Of a stretch of DNA of 28,683 bases, positions 1 to 8,400 are shown piece by piece. A program made the translations under genes and the position numbers. The notes below the pieces were generated by a model, which was given only the letters and a program-made list of their open reading frames with translations, searched no databases and was not told where the DNA came from. Each line of letters opens with the position of its first letter. The first letter of the stretch is position 1. Where the stretch lies: the NCBI GenBank assembly GCA_003545375.1, contig DPYP01000212.1, forward strand, positions 1 to 28,683, written 5' to 3'. Origin of the DNA: Lentisphaeria bacterium (GTDB lineage: Bacteria > Verrucomicrobiota > Lentisphaeria > JABSQK01 > CAJWLW01).

Positions 1-759
1 TCGGATTATGAAGTTGTACCGGTGTCGGACGGGGAACCGTTGCGGAGCGAACTTACGCACTTCGCAGAGTGCGTCCGCACCCGGCAGCAGCCGCGTTCGG
101 ACGGGGCCGAGGGTCTGCGGGTGCTGAAAGTGCTGGAAGCCGCCGAGGATTCACTCTTGCCGCATGCCACGGTGCAGCAGACGCCGTCCTATTTCATCCA
201 TCCATCGTCTTGCGTCGACGACAACGTCACCATCGGTGAGGGTTCGAAGATCTGGCATTTCAGCCATATCCTGCATCACAGCCGGCTCGGGCGGGAATGT
301 GTCGTCGGCCAGAATGTCAGTGTCGGACCGGATGTTGTGATTGGTGACGGTTGCAAGCTGCAAAATAATGTTTCGGTGTACAAGGGTGTGACCCTGGAAG
401 ACAATGTCTTTTGCGGGCCGTCCTGCGTCTTTACCAACGTCTACAATCCGCGGGCCTTCATCGAGCGCAAGGAGGAATTTCGCCCCACGCTCGTAAAGCT
501 TGGCGCGACGCTCGGTGCCAATGCCACGATCATCTGTGGTGCTACCATTGGCAGTTACGCCATGATCGGTGCCGGTGCTGTCGTGCGCGGTGATGTACCG
601 GACCACGCGATTGTTGTCGGCGTTCCGGCGCGTCAGATCGGCTGGGCCTGCACCTGTGGGGCGACGTTGCGATTTGAAGATGCCGTGGCCACCTGTCACT
701 GCGGCCGCACCGCGACGCTCACCGACGATCAGCGCGGCGTGCTGATCCGCAGTGACTGA
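1..759 (+). CDS. 5'-partial fusion: C-terminus of a Gfo/Idh/MocA (WbpB/WlbA-like) oxidoreductase joined to a hexapeptide-repeat N-acetyltransferase (WbpD/WlbB-like, UDP-2-acetamido-3-amino-2,3-dideoxy-glucuronate N-acetyltransferase)
   Basis: Frame 1 is open from base 1 ([14 protein letters not shown]...), so the GTG at 22 is not the real start. [37 protein letters not shown] is a typical Gfo/Idh/MocA terminal helix. [67 protein letters not shown] and GVPARQIGW are WbpD/WlbB signatures. Confidence 0.88.
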   Translation, partial: SDYEVVPVSDGEPLRSELTHFAECVRTRQQPRSDGAEGLRVLKVLEAAEDSLLPHATVQQTPSYFIHPSSCVDDNVTIGEGSKIWHFSHILHHSRLGRECVVGQNVSVGPDVVIGDGCKLQNNVSVYKGVTLEDNVFCGPSCVFTNVYNPRAFIERKEEFRPTLVKLGATLGANATIICGATIGSYAMIGAGAVVRGDVPDHAIVVGVPARQIGWACTCGATLRFEDAVATCHCGRTATLTDDQRGVLIRSD

Positions 760-778
760 GTGACAGAAGCTGCTTCTT

Positions 779-820
779 CCGTGGAAAGATTGGCGCAGCC
801 GAACCGCGGCCGTTCCACGG
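779..820. terminator. Stem-loop between convergent genes; possible bidirectional terminator
   Basis: CCGTGGAA (779-786) pairs with TTCCACGG (813-820), with an inner GCCG/CGGC stem (798-801/807-810). There is no U-tract. Confidence 0.4.
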
Positions 821-858
821 CGGCACAGCAACAACCACGAAGCAAGGTCTTGCCGCGT

Positions 859-1674
859 TTACAGGCCCTTGATTACCTCGAGCACCTGGTCGTAGTCAGG
901 GTGGTCGGTGACTTCACCGACGATTTCGGCGTGCGCGATATTGCCCTCGGTATCGACGACATGGACGGCGCGGGCCAGTAGCTGCAGTTCTTTGATCAAT
1001 AGCCCGTAGGCGTTGCCGAAGGCTTTGTCCTGGTAATCCGAGAGCGTAACCACCTTGTCGATGCCGTGGGTGTCACAGAAGCGGCTGGCGGCAAATGGTA
1101 GATCCATGCTGATACTCAAGATCACGGCATCGAGGTTGGCCGCCTCTTCGTTGAACCGCCGAGTCTGCTGCTCGCAAACCGGTGTGTCGAGCGACGGTAC
1201 GGAGCTGATGACGACAACTTTCCCGGCGTAGTCGGATAGCTTGACCGGCTGCAGCGCCGGATTGATAGCGATGAAGGCAGGGGCAGTATCGCCCACGGCA
1301 ACAGGTGTGCCCTGCAAGGTCAGCGGTTCGCCCTTGAATGTGATAAGGTCGCTGCGTTCCGCCGCTGGTTCGTCAGCGTTGCTGCCGCTGCCCACGGCTT
1401 TTTCGAGCTGCTCGACACGCGCCGCGAGGTCGTCGATTTTGCGACTGGTCGGCAGTTTACCGACCGCGGCGTTGACGGTGCCGTTGATCTTTTCCTCGAT
1501 GTCCTTGCGGGTCTTGGCAGATTCGTTGAGAAGATGATCGTACAGCTTGCGGCCCTCCTCTTCCGAGAGCTTGGCGCTCTCGGCCAGGTCCCGTGCGGTC
1601 TCGGCAATCTTCTCCTTGGTCATGTAAGCGAGTCCGAGGCCGGTCAGCATGGATTTCTTGATAAAGTCAATCAT
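859..1674 (-). CDS. tpx: Fusion protein: N-terminal phasin-like/COG3937 helical domain (aa ~1-93), GS linker, then thiol peroxidase Tpx (atypical 2-Cys peroxiredoxin, aa ~106-271)
   Basis: The Tpx part has ITFKGEPLTL, VPSLDTPVC (peroxidatic Cys167), SMDLPFAASRFC (resolving Cys200), LLARAVHVVD and EVTDHPDY. The N-terminus MIDFIKKSMLTGLGLAYMTKEKI...LSEEEGRKL...DLAARVEQLEK fits the COG3937 pattern. An AGGAG RBS precedes the ATG. Confidence 0.88.
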   Translation of the reverse strand: MIDFIKKSMLTGLGLAYMTKEKIAETARDLAESAKLSEEEGRKLYDHLLNESAKTRKDIEEKINGTVNAAVGKLPTSRKIDDLAARVEQLEKAVGSGSNADEPAAERSDLITFKGEPLTLQGTPVAVGDTAPAFIAINPALQPVKLSDYAGKVVVISSVPSLDTPVCEQQTRRFNEEAANLDAVILSISMDLPFAASRFCDTHGIDKVVTLSDYQDKAFGNAYGLLIKELQLLARAVHVVDTEGNIAHAEIVGEVTDHPDYDQVLEVIKGL

Positions 1675-1764
1675 GGTCAGTCTCCTACGGTGTTGTTCGA
1701 CGTCTGTATCGATACTAATGTTGCGGCCATTGCGAAAAAACGGTAATTCGGGCCTGGCGCCAGC

Positions 1765-2484
1765 TCAGCCGGTGATCAGCGTCCCGGCGCTGGTATCGCC
1801 ACCGACAATGCGCTGTAGGTTGGCGGCGTCATTGAAGTTACAGACGATGATCGGGATGCCGTTGTCCATGCACAAGGCGAAAGCGCTGGCGTCCATGATC
1901 TTGAGCCGCTTTTCGAGCGCTTCCTCATAGGTCAGCGTTTTGTAGCGCTTGGCGTCCGGGTGGGTTGCGGGATCTGCCGTGTAGACGCCATCGACTTTGG
2001 TAGCCTTGAGAATGGCATCGGCGCCGACCTCGCTGGCGCGCAGCGCCGCGGTCGTGTCGGTCGTGAAATACGGCGAGCCGGTACCGGCCGCGAAAATCAC
2101 GACGCGCCCCTTTTCGAGGTGCCGGATGGCGCGGCGGCGAATGAATGGTTCGGCGAAGCCGCGCATTTCAATGGCGGTCTGCACACGGGTCGGAACACCC
2201 AGCTTCTCGAGCGCATCCTGCAGAGCCAGGGCATTCATCACGGTGGCCAGCATGCCGATGTAATCGGCACTGACTCGGTCCATCCCGCGGCTGCTGGCGG
2301 CTATACCCCGGAAGATATTGCCACCCCCGATGACGAGGGCCACCTGCACACCCATCTCCTTCAGCTCCTTGATCTGGTTGGCAACGTTTTCAGTAGTCGC
2401 CGGGTCGACGCCAAATGGCAGCGGCCCCTTGAGTGCTTCGCCACTGAGCTTGACGAGGATGCGCTCGAAAATTATTTCAGCCAA
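1765..2484 (-). CDS. pyrH: UMP kinase
   Basis: Motifs [56 protein letters not shown] and KATKVDGVY. The start is reassigned to TTG at 2484, which has an AGGGG RBS 7 nt upstream. The 34-aa extension in the ORF track is not PyrH-like. Confidence 0.97.
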   Translation of the reverse strand: MAEIIFERILVKLSGEALKGPLPFGVDPATTENVANQIKELKEMGVQVALVIGGGNIFRGIAASSRGMDRVSADYIGMLATVMNALALQDALEKLGVPTRVQTAIEMRGFAEPFIRRRAIRHLEKGRVVIFAAGTGSPYFTTDTTAALRASEVGADAILKATKVDGVYTADPATHPDAKRYKTLTYEEALEKRLKIMDASAFALCMDNGIPIIVCNFNDAANLQRIVGGDTSAGTLITG

Positions 2485-2592
2485 GGTATGAACCCCTGTT
2501 TTGCCGCGTGGATCGCGCGACACGTGGACTGACAAACTAACCTTGCACGGCGCTGTTTTATAGATGCCGCAGAAAAACCTTGCCACACGGGC

Positions 2593-2625
2593 AAAAAAAA
2601 AGAGCCACCGGACGGGTGGCTCTTT
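2593..2625 (-). terminator. Intrinsic terminator after tsf
   Basis: Perfect 11-bp inverted repeat AAAGAGCCACC (2599-2609) / GGTGGCTCTTT (2615-2625) with a 5-nt loop. The A-run at 2593-2601 gives a U-tract on the minus strand. Confidence 0.9.
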
Positions 2626-2632
2626 GAGAGCA

Positions 2633-3445
2633 TCACTGGGGGGCGACTTCGCCGACCTGCCAGCGGGCGAACCGGCAGATCTTTGCTTTCGGATTCACCT
2701 TCTCCACGGCGAGCTTGTCGTCGCGAACCCAGGCTTGCCTGGTCAGGCAGATATCCTTGTACCACTTTTGGATTTTACCGGTGAGGATCTTCTCGAGCAT
2801 GTCCGCCGGCTTGTCGGCGAGCTCTGGGGTGGCGGCGGCGATTTCCTTTTCCTTTGCCACGGCCTCGGCGGGCACGTCATCGGGCGAAACATATTGCGGA
2901 CTGTACGCGGCAACATGCATGCACAGATTCTTGAGGTATTCTTCGTCCGCTTCGCCGTCGACATCGACGAGCACGGCGATTTTGCCGCCGGCGTGGATGT
3001 AGGACTCGCATTTACCCTGCGCTTCCCAGCGCATGACGCGGCTGATCTGGATATTTTCACCGACTTGATTGACCAGGTCCGGCAGCTTGTCCTTGGCCTG
3101 GTCCTTGATCGCGTCGGTCTTGCAGCCTTCGCCGTCGAGCTCGGCAGCGGCGGTCGCCAGGCTGTCGCAGAATTGGCCGAAGACTTCGTTCTTGGCGACG
3201 AAATCGGTCTCGCACAGAACCTCGACGAGTACTGCGGTATTGTTGTTCAGCAGCGTGGTGACACGCCCTTCATTGGTGCTGCGACCCGCTTTCTTGGCGG
3301 CCTTTACGGCGCCGGACTTTCGCAACTGATCGACTGCTTCCTGGATGTCCCCATCGGATTCAACCAGGGCTTTCTTGCAATCCATCATGCCGGCACCGGT
3401 TTTTTCGCGCAGTTCGCGAACCAGAGTTGCAGTGATTTCAGCCAT
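2633..3445 (-). CDS. tsf: Translation elongation factor Ts
   Basis: Motifs [59 protein letters not shown] and MHVAA; lies directly downstream of rpsB. Confidence 0.98.
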   Translation of the reverse strand: MAEITATLVRELREKTGAGMMDCKKALVESDGDIQEAVDQLRKSGAVKAAKKAGRSTNEGRVTTLLNNNTAVLVEVLCETDFVAKNEVFGQFCDSLATAAAELDGEGCKTDAIKDQAKDKLPDLVNQVGENIQISRVMRWEAQGKCESYIHAGGKIAVLVDVDGEADEEYLKNLCMHVAAYSPQYVSPDDVPAEAVAKEKEIAAATPELADKPADMLEKILTGKIQKWYKDICLTRQAWVRDDKLAVEKVNPKAKICRFARWQVGEVAPQ

Positions 3446-3551
3446 TTCTTTCGGTCCTCTTTGTTAATGCAGTAAAGAGGCAGGCATGATCTGCTCTTGC
3501 CTGACTCCTGAAGATCAGTCCTTCCGCGGTCATTGCTGGAATTATCGAATC

Positions 3552-4397
3552 TTACTCGGCGTCTGCGGACTGTGCTTCCGGCTCGGCAACGGCGGTCTTA
3601 TCGTCCTTTTTCTCACTGGCGTCTTCATCGGCATCCTCGGCTTCAGCCGCGGCGGCTTCCTCGGCAGCGATGCGTACTTCTTCAGCTTCTTCGTCCGCTT
3701 TCTTCTTCGTGAATTCCTGTTTCGCCGCCTTCATAGTGGTGGACAGGACGTCGACGATGACTTTGATCGCGCGCAGCGCGTCATCGTTGCCGGGAATGAT
3801 GTGCTGGATATTGTCGGGATTACAATTGGAATCAACGACAGCGACAACGGGTACATTGAGGCGGTTGGCTTCACGCACGGCGATCTCCTCGCGCTCGACA
3901 TCGATGACGAACATGACATCCGGCATCTTGTGCATCGACGCGATACCGCTGAGGTTGCGTCCCAGCTTGTGCAGTTCCCGGCGCATTGAGGATGCTTCCT
4001 TCTTGGGCAGCGTCGCCATCTCTCCGGAAGTCTCCATGTCCTGGAGTTTCTCCATGCGATCAATGCTCTTGCGGATCGTCTTGTGATTGGTGAGTGTGCC
4101 GCCGAGCCAGCGCTCGCACATATAGTGGGTGCCGCTGTCGATCGCTGCCTGGCGCAGGCACTCCTGAGCTTGGCGCTTGGTGCCGACCATCAGCACTTCG
4201 CCGCCGGTCACTACCACCTCGTACAGATACTGACAGGCCTTTTCCAGATGAGTCATCGTCGTGCGCAGATCGAAGATGTATATGCCATTGCGGGCACCGT
4301 AGATGTATGGTTTCATCTTCGGATTCCAGCGCTTGGTCTGGTGCCCGTAATGGATACCGGCATCAAGCAGATTCTGCATCGTGATCTTGTCGGCCAA
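3552..4397 (-). CDS. rpsB: 30S ribosomal protein S2 with acidic C-terminal tail
   Basis: Motifs LLDAGIHYGHQTKRWNPKMKPYIYGARNGIYIFDL, VGTKRQAQ, RWLGGTLTN and IPGNDDALRAI. TTG start with a GGAGG RBS (4403-4407). Confidence 0.98.
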   Translation of the reverse strand: MADKITMQNLLDAGIHYGHQTKRWNPKMKPYIYGARNGIYIFDLRTTMTHLEKACQYLYEVVVTGGEVLMVGTKRQAQECLRQAAIDSGTHYMCERWLGGTLTNHKTIRKSIDRMEKLQDMETSGEMATLPKKEASSMRRELHKLGRNLSGIASMHKMPDVMFVIDVEREEIAVREANRLNVPVVAVVDSNCNPDNIQHIIPGNDDALRAIKVIVDVLSTTMKAAKQEFTKKKADEEAEEVRIAAEEAAAAEAEDADEDASEKKDDKTAVAEPEAQSADAE

Positions 4398-4509
4398 ACT
4401 TTCCTCCGGCGTTTTTGGAGTATGTTACATGTCCATTGAGAAACAGCGAAAAAGACGCCAGGCGGCGATCGCGTAAAAATAGTCGTCGCCAGTCGCATGA
4501 GGAACGCAT

Positions 4510-4537
4510 ACTATACGAGAGACCGCCGTATTGACAA
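4510..4537 (-). promoter_or_regulatory. Sigma70-type promoter for rpsB-tsf
   Basis: Minus strand reads TTGTCA (4537-4532), N16, TATAGT (4515-4510), about 110 nt upstream of the rpsB start. The -35 overlaps a plus-strand TTGACA (4531-4536). Confidence 0.6.
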
Positions 4538-4624
4538 TCAGCTTCGAGGATTAATTTCACAATTTTTCCGGACGGTTTCAGCGCCTTTCCTTGACCCCTT
4601 TCGGAAGTCCAACAACTTTGCAAC

Positions 4625-6577
4625 ATGCTGCAGCTCCAGAACATCACCAAAGCCTATGTCACCGGCCCGGTGCTCACCGACGTCACCTTTCGCGTCGAAC
4701 AGGGCGAACGCATCGGCCTGATCGGGCCGAACGGTGCGGGGAAAAGTACGATCGTGCGCATCGTAAGCGGCGAAATCGAGCCGGACAAAGGATCGATGAC
4801 TTTCCGCCGTAACACGACCGTGGCGCACGTGCGCCAGCAGATCCTGCCAAACACCACACAGACGCTGGTCGACTATGCGCAGGCGGCCGTGCAACGGCTG
4901 CTCGACGTCGAACACGCCATCACCGACATCGAAGCCTCACTGATCGATGACCCGTCCTCCCAACCGCTGCTGCGCAAGCTCGGTGAGCTTCAGACGGAAT
5001 TCGAACAGCTCGGCGGCTATGAAATGCGCACCCGTGCCGAAACCGTTCTCTCCGGCCTGGGCTTTTCCGCCGATGATCTGCACCGGCCGCTGCAGGATTT
5101 CAGCGGGGGCTGGCGCATGCGTGGAGAACTGGCCCGCGCCCTGGTCACGAACGCGGACCTGCTTTTGCTCGATGAGCCGACGAATTATCTCGACCTCCCG
5201 GCGATCGAGTGGCTCAAGAGCTATCTCAGCACCTTCGCCGCCACCTATATCCTGGTGTCGCACGACCGCTATCTGCTCAATGAGTTGACCAATGTCACGC
5301 TGGAGATGGTTAACTGCGCTGTCGAACGCTACCCCGGCAACTACAGCTATTACGTCAACGCACGCGAGCAACGGCGGCAACAACTCGAAGCCGAGAAAAA
5401 GTCCCAGGACAGGCAAATCCAGAAGATCGAACGCTTCGCCGAGCGCTTTGGCGCCAAGGCAACCAAGGCGACCGCCGTCAAAAGCCGACTGAAGGCGCTG
5501 GACAAAATTGAGCGTGTCGAGGTGCCGACGTACGAGTACCAGGGCGTCCGGATCCGCTTCCCGAAACCGCCGCACAGTGGCCACAGCATCGTCAAACTGA
5601 GCGAGGCCAGCAAGTCCTACAACGGCGAGGACTGGGTGCTGCAGAACCTTACCCTGCAGATCGAGCGCGGCGACAAACTGGCGATCGTTGGCCCCAACGG
5701 CATGGGCAAGACCACCCTGCTGCGGGTGCTTGCCGGGCGGCTCGACATCGAGACCGGCGAGCGCCAGCTCGGGCATCAGGTGCGCATCGGCTACCAGGCC
5801 CAGGATTTTCCCGAGACCATGGATCCGCAACTGACCGTCTGGGACACCGCTCGCAGCACCCCGTCCGGGCTCACCGACGGCGAGATTCGCGCCATGCTGG
5901 GCGCCTTCCGGTTCCCCGGCGACAACATCGACAAAAAAGTCGGCGTACTAAGCGGCGGCGAAAAGGTGCGGCTGGCGCTATGCAAACTGTTGCTGACGGC
6001 GCCGAATTTCCTGCTGCTGGACGAGCCAACAACGCATCTGGATATTCCGACGCGCGAATTCCTGCAGGACGCCCTCAGTTCTTACGAGGGAACCGTCTGC
6101 CTGGTCAGTCACGACATCGAGTTCATTCGCCACACTGCCGATTCGGTCCTCGAACTGTCGGAGGCCGGCGCCGAAAAGTTTCACGGCGATTACGACTACT
6201 ATCGTGTCAAGATCGCCGAGCGCCTGGCCGCCGCCGAGCCACAGGCCAGATCCGAAGCTGCGCCGGCAGAGCCCTCAAAACGCAAAGTGGCGAAACGCGA
6301 AGCAGCCGAGCAGCGGCAGGCCGTTTACAAACGGCGCAAACCGCTGCAGGCCAAAGTCACGAAGCTTGAAACGGAGCTCGACAAGCTGCATGCCGAGCAG
6401 GAGCACTTGTTCGAACGGCTCGCCGACCCGGCGCTGCCGCCGGACCAGATGGTCGAATTCAAACGACGCCTGCCCGAGATCAAAGCCGAGATTGACACCG
6501 CCAGCCAGGCCTGGCTCGTCGCGGCCGACGAATTGGAAGCAGTCGATACGAAGTTCGCAGAGGACGCAGCTGAATAG
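4625..6577 (+). CDS. ABC-F family ATPase (YheS/Uup/EttA-like ribosome-associated factor)
   Basis: Two NBDs: GPNGAGKS...FSGGW...LLLDEPTNYLD and GPNGMGKT...LSGGE...LLLDEPTTHLD. It has an inter-domain helical linker and a C-terminal coiled coil, and no TM segments. Confidence 0.95.
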   Translation: MLQLQNITKAYVTGPVLTDVTFRVEQGERIGLIGPNGAGKSTIVRIVSGEIEPDKGSMTFRRNTTVAHVRQQILPNTTQTLVDYAQAAVQRLLDVEHAITDIEASLIDDPSSQPLLRKLGELQTEFEQLGGYEMRTRAETVLSGLGFSADDLHRPLQDFSGGWRMRGELARALVTNADLLLLDEPTNYLDLPAIEWLKSYLSTFAATYILVSHDRYLLNELTNVTLEMVNCAVERYPGNYSYYVNAREQRRQQLEAEKKSQDRQIQKIERFAERFGAKATKATAVKSRLKALDKIERVEVPTYEYQGVRIRFPKPPHSGHSIVKLSEASKSYNGEDWVLQNLTLQIERGDKLAIVGPNGMGKTTLLRVLAGRLDIETGERQLGHQVRIGYQAQDFPETMDPQLTVWDTARSTPSGLTDGEIRAMLGAFRFPGDNIDKKVGVLSGGEKVRLALCKLLLTAPNFLLLDEPTTHLDIPTREFLQDALSSYEGTVCLVSHDIEFIRHTADSVLELSEAGAEKFHGDYDYYRVKIAERLAAAEPQARSEAAPAEPSKRKVAKREAAEQRQAVYKRRKPLQAKVTKLETELDKLHAEQEHLFERLADPALPPDQMVEFKRRLPEIKAEIDTASQAWLVAADELEAVDTKFAEDAAE

Positions 6578-6677
6578 ACGACGTGAATGCAGAGCGAGGC
6601 TGTCGAAAACATCGGGTGATTTGTATTTTTTCCCCGTTACATCGACGGGAACAGCCTTTTCCCTTGCGAACGCTGCG

Positions 6678-6707
6678 TGCACGCGCGGCTATCAGCCGTC
6701 GCGTGCA
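6678..6707. terminator. Strong GC hairpin between convergent ABC-F and MFS genes
   Basis: TGCACGCG-CGGCT-ATC-AGCCG-T-CGCGTGCA forms a 13-bp stem with a 1-nt bulge and a 3-nt loop. There is no adjacent U-tract. Confidence 0.55.
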
Positions 6708-6729
6708 ACAGCTGGTTTGTACTTTTGAT

Positions 6730-8040
6730 TCAGCCCCGTGTGTGGCTTCGAGTCGGCGTTCTCGCTGTCACGAAAAATGCCAGAGCCACAGCCGCACCGA
6801 AAATGGCCGCAGGCCAGAACGGCAGGCAGCCGATCATGCGGGTCTGCATCAGATCCACCACATAGCCCATCCCAGGCGCGATGATCATAGTGGCCACGCT
6901 CTTAGCTTGCGACTCAATGGAAAGGATAGTCGCGCCCATGTCCTCGTCCGAGTGTGTGTCAAAGCGGCTGATGAGCACCGGCCGCCAGAGGTTCTGCATG
7001 ACATAGAGCGCAATGAAACCGAGGATGATGACCGTGAACCAGCAGTAGTAGAGGGCCGGCACCAGCGCCGTCAGGATCAGTAGGGATATCAGCCACAGAA
7101 AGCGGGCCGTATGGTCCTCGCTACCGTGCTTGTCAACGAGCACGTACGCCTTGCGGCTGGCCAGAGCGGAAAGCAGGTACAGCGCGAAATAGACCGGCCC
7201 CACCAGCAGGGCCACCTGCTGGTGTTCGCTCAATCTGTCACTCAAGAGCAGTGCGCCGGTCAGTGGTATGGCTGCTGCCTTGAGAATGGGCTGCAGGTAG
7301 TCTTTAGCCGCCTTGAAGAAACCCTCGAACCCCATTGACTCACAAACAAGGCGCCGCAAAGAGGCCTGCTTCACGGACACGGCTAAGGTCTTCTTGAGGT
7401 GCAGCATCACTTCTTTGCCCGAAGTGGCTTTCTTGATGTTCCCGTCTACTTCGCGCGGGTACCCCATGAAATTGACGATGCCCAGGACATAGGGAATGAT
7501 GGAGAAGAAGAAGATGTATACGTAATTGCTGGTGGCAAACACGAATACAGCCGCCAGGATTGCCGAGAGGGCCGAGCCCAGCTTGGACCAGGAGCGGGTA
7601 TACCCGTAGACCTTCGTGCGCTCGTCCTCGCGGCCCTCCACACGAAGCCAGGTGAAGATCATGGCCTTGTGCGTGCCCGTGCGGAAAGCGTTGCCGACCG
7701 CAAAGAAACCCATGGCTCCGAAGAGAAGCGGCAGGATCGCCGCCGGTGGGATGGTTCCGTTGGTTGCGGCAACGCCGGTGACCCCGAATACCATGAAGCT
7801 GATAATGTAGCAGACAAAGCTGAGGATCATCGCCTTGCGCCGGCCGAACAGGTCGGCGACTGCGCCGGAGGGTATCTCCATCAGATTGGCGATGACCTCG
7901 CGGAACGCGACCAGGATCCCGATCATGAAGAAGGAGAGCCCCATCTGCCGGAAGGCCAGGATCAAGAACGGGTCGTAGTATTGCTGGTTCTTGAGAAAAC
8001 CGTATAGGCTGAAGCGGCCCAGCATGGGTTTGGTCTTCAT
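6730..8040 (-). CDS. MFS transporter
   Basis: About 12 hydrophobic segments and the MFS loop motif EIPSGAVADLFGRRKAM; also AFRTGTHKAMI and ATILSIESQ. Confidence 0.88.
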   Translation of the reverse strand: MKTKPMLGRFSLYGFLKNQQYYDPFLILAFRQMGLSFFMIGILVAFREVIANLMEIPSGAVADLFGRRKAMILSFVCYIISFMVFGVTGVAATNGTIPPAAILPLLFGAMGFFAVGNAFRTGTHKAMIFTWLRVEGREDERTKVYGYTRSWSKLGSALSAILAAVFVFATSNYVYIFFFSIIPYVLGIVNFMGYPREVDGNIKKATSGKEVMLHLKKTLAVSVKQASLRRLVCESMGFEGFFKAAKDYLQPILKAAAIPLTGALLLSDRLSEHQQVALLVGPVYFALYLLSALASRKAYVLVDKHGSEDHTARFLWLISLLILTALVPALYYCWFTVIILGFIALYVMQNLWRPVLISRFDTHSDEDMGATILSIESQAKSVATMIIAPGMGYVVDLMQTRMIGCLPFWPAAIFGAAVALAFFVTARTPTRSHTRG

Positions 8041-8400
8041 TCAGCCCACGTAATCTATCGACATCGGCATGGGGGCAGTCTCCCGACATTATTGAGAGCC
8101 GCGGCGTACTTGCCGTTGCCTCCATTAATTCTGTACATGATTCGATAATCATCATATCGTTGCTTGCGCATTCCGCAACTCTCTTGGTAAACGATTCTCA
8201 AGTGAACCGGACTAATCCGGCGGACTCGGGCGGGCGCGGCGAACTACCAGCCCTCATGGGTTGACGGCGTTGAGTGAATGGACACGGAAAGCCGTTCTGC
8301 CTTGATTGCAGCTTTTGCGGGAACTGCTGATCCCGGAAGCGTTGCGGGCACCTTGGAAAAAACCGACGTTGCGGATTAAGTTCCCACCGAGGTGCAGCCA

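Noticed and set aside
2485-2586. N-terminal extensions in the ORF track for pyrH; likewise for the 2OG oxygenase, suhB, slyD, msrB, msrA and AAA_28
   Set aside because: The extensions lie upstream of the conserved family starts. For pyrH, msrA and msrB a clear RBS sits at the downstream start, and for AAA_28 the start overlaps the msrA stop.
2563-2586. TGGCAAG...TGC upstream of pyrH resembling a sigma54 promoter
   Set aside because: The GG-to-GC spacing is 12 nt rather than the required 10.
3552-3720. Low-complexity Ala/Glu/Asp/Lys tail of S2
   Set aside because: Acidic C-terminal extensions are common in S2 proteins from many phyla.
8137-8160. GATAATCATCATATC resembling a Fur box upstream of the MFS/pncA divergence
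   Set aside because: Only about 11/19 match to the consensus, in a locally AT-rich patch, and no iron-related gene is adjacent.
8278-8379. 33-codon ORF MDTESRSALIAAFAGTADPGSVAGTLEKTDVAD upstream of pncA, and possible riboswitch-like structure in 8041-8400
   Set aside because: There is no clear RBS or recognisable motif, and I could not match TPP, SAM, FMN, cobalamin, glycine or c-di-GMP riboswitch signatures. An Rfam scan would settle it.
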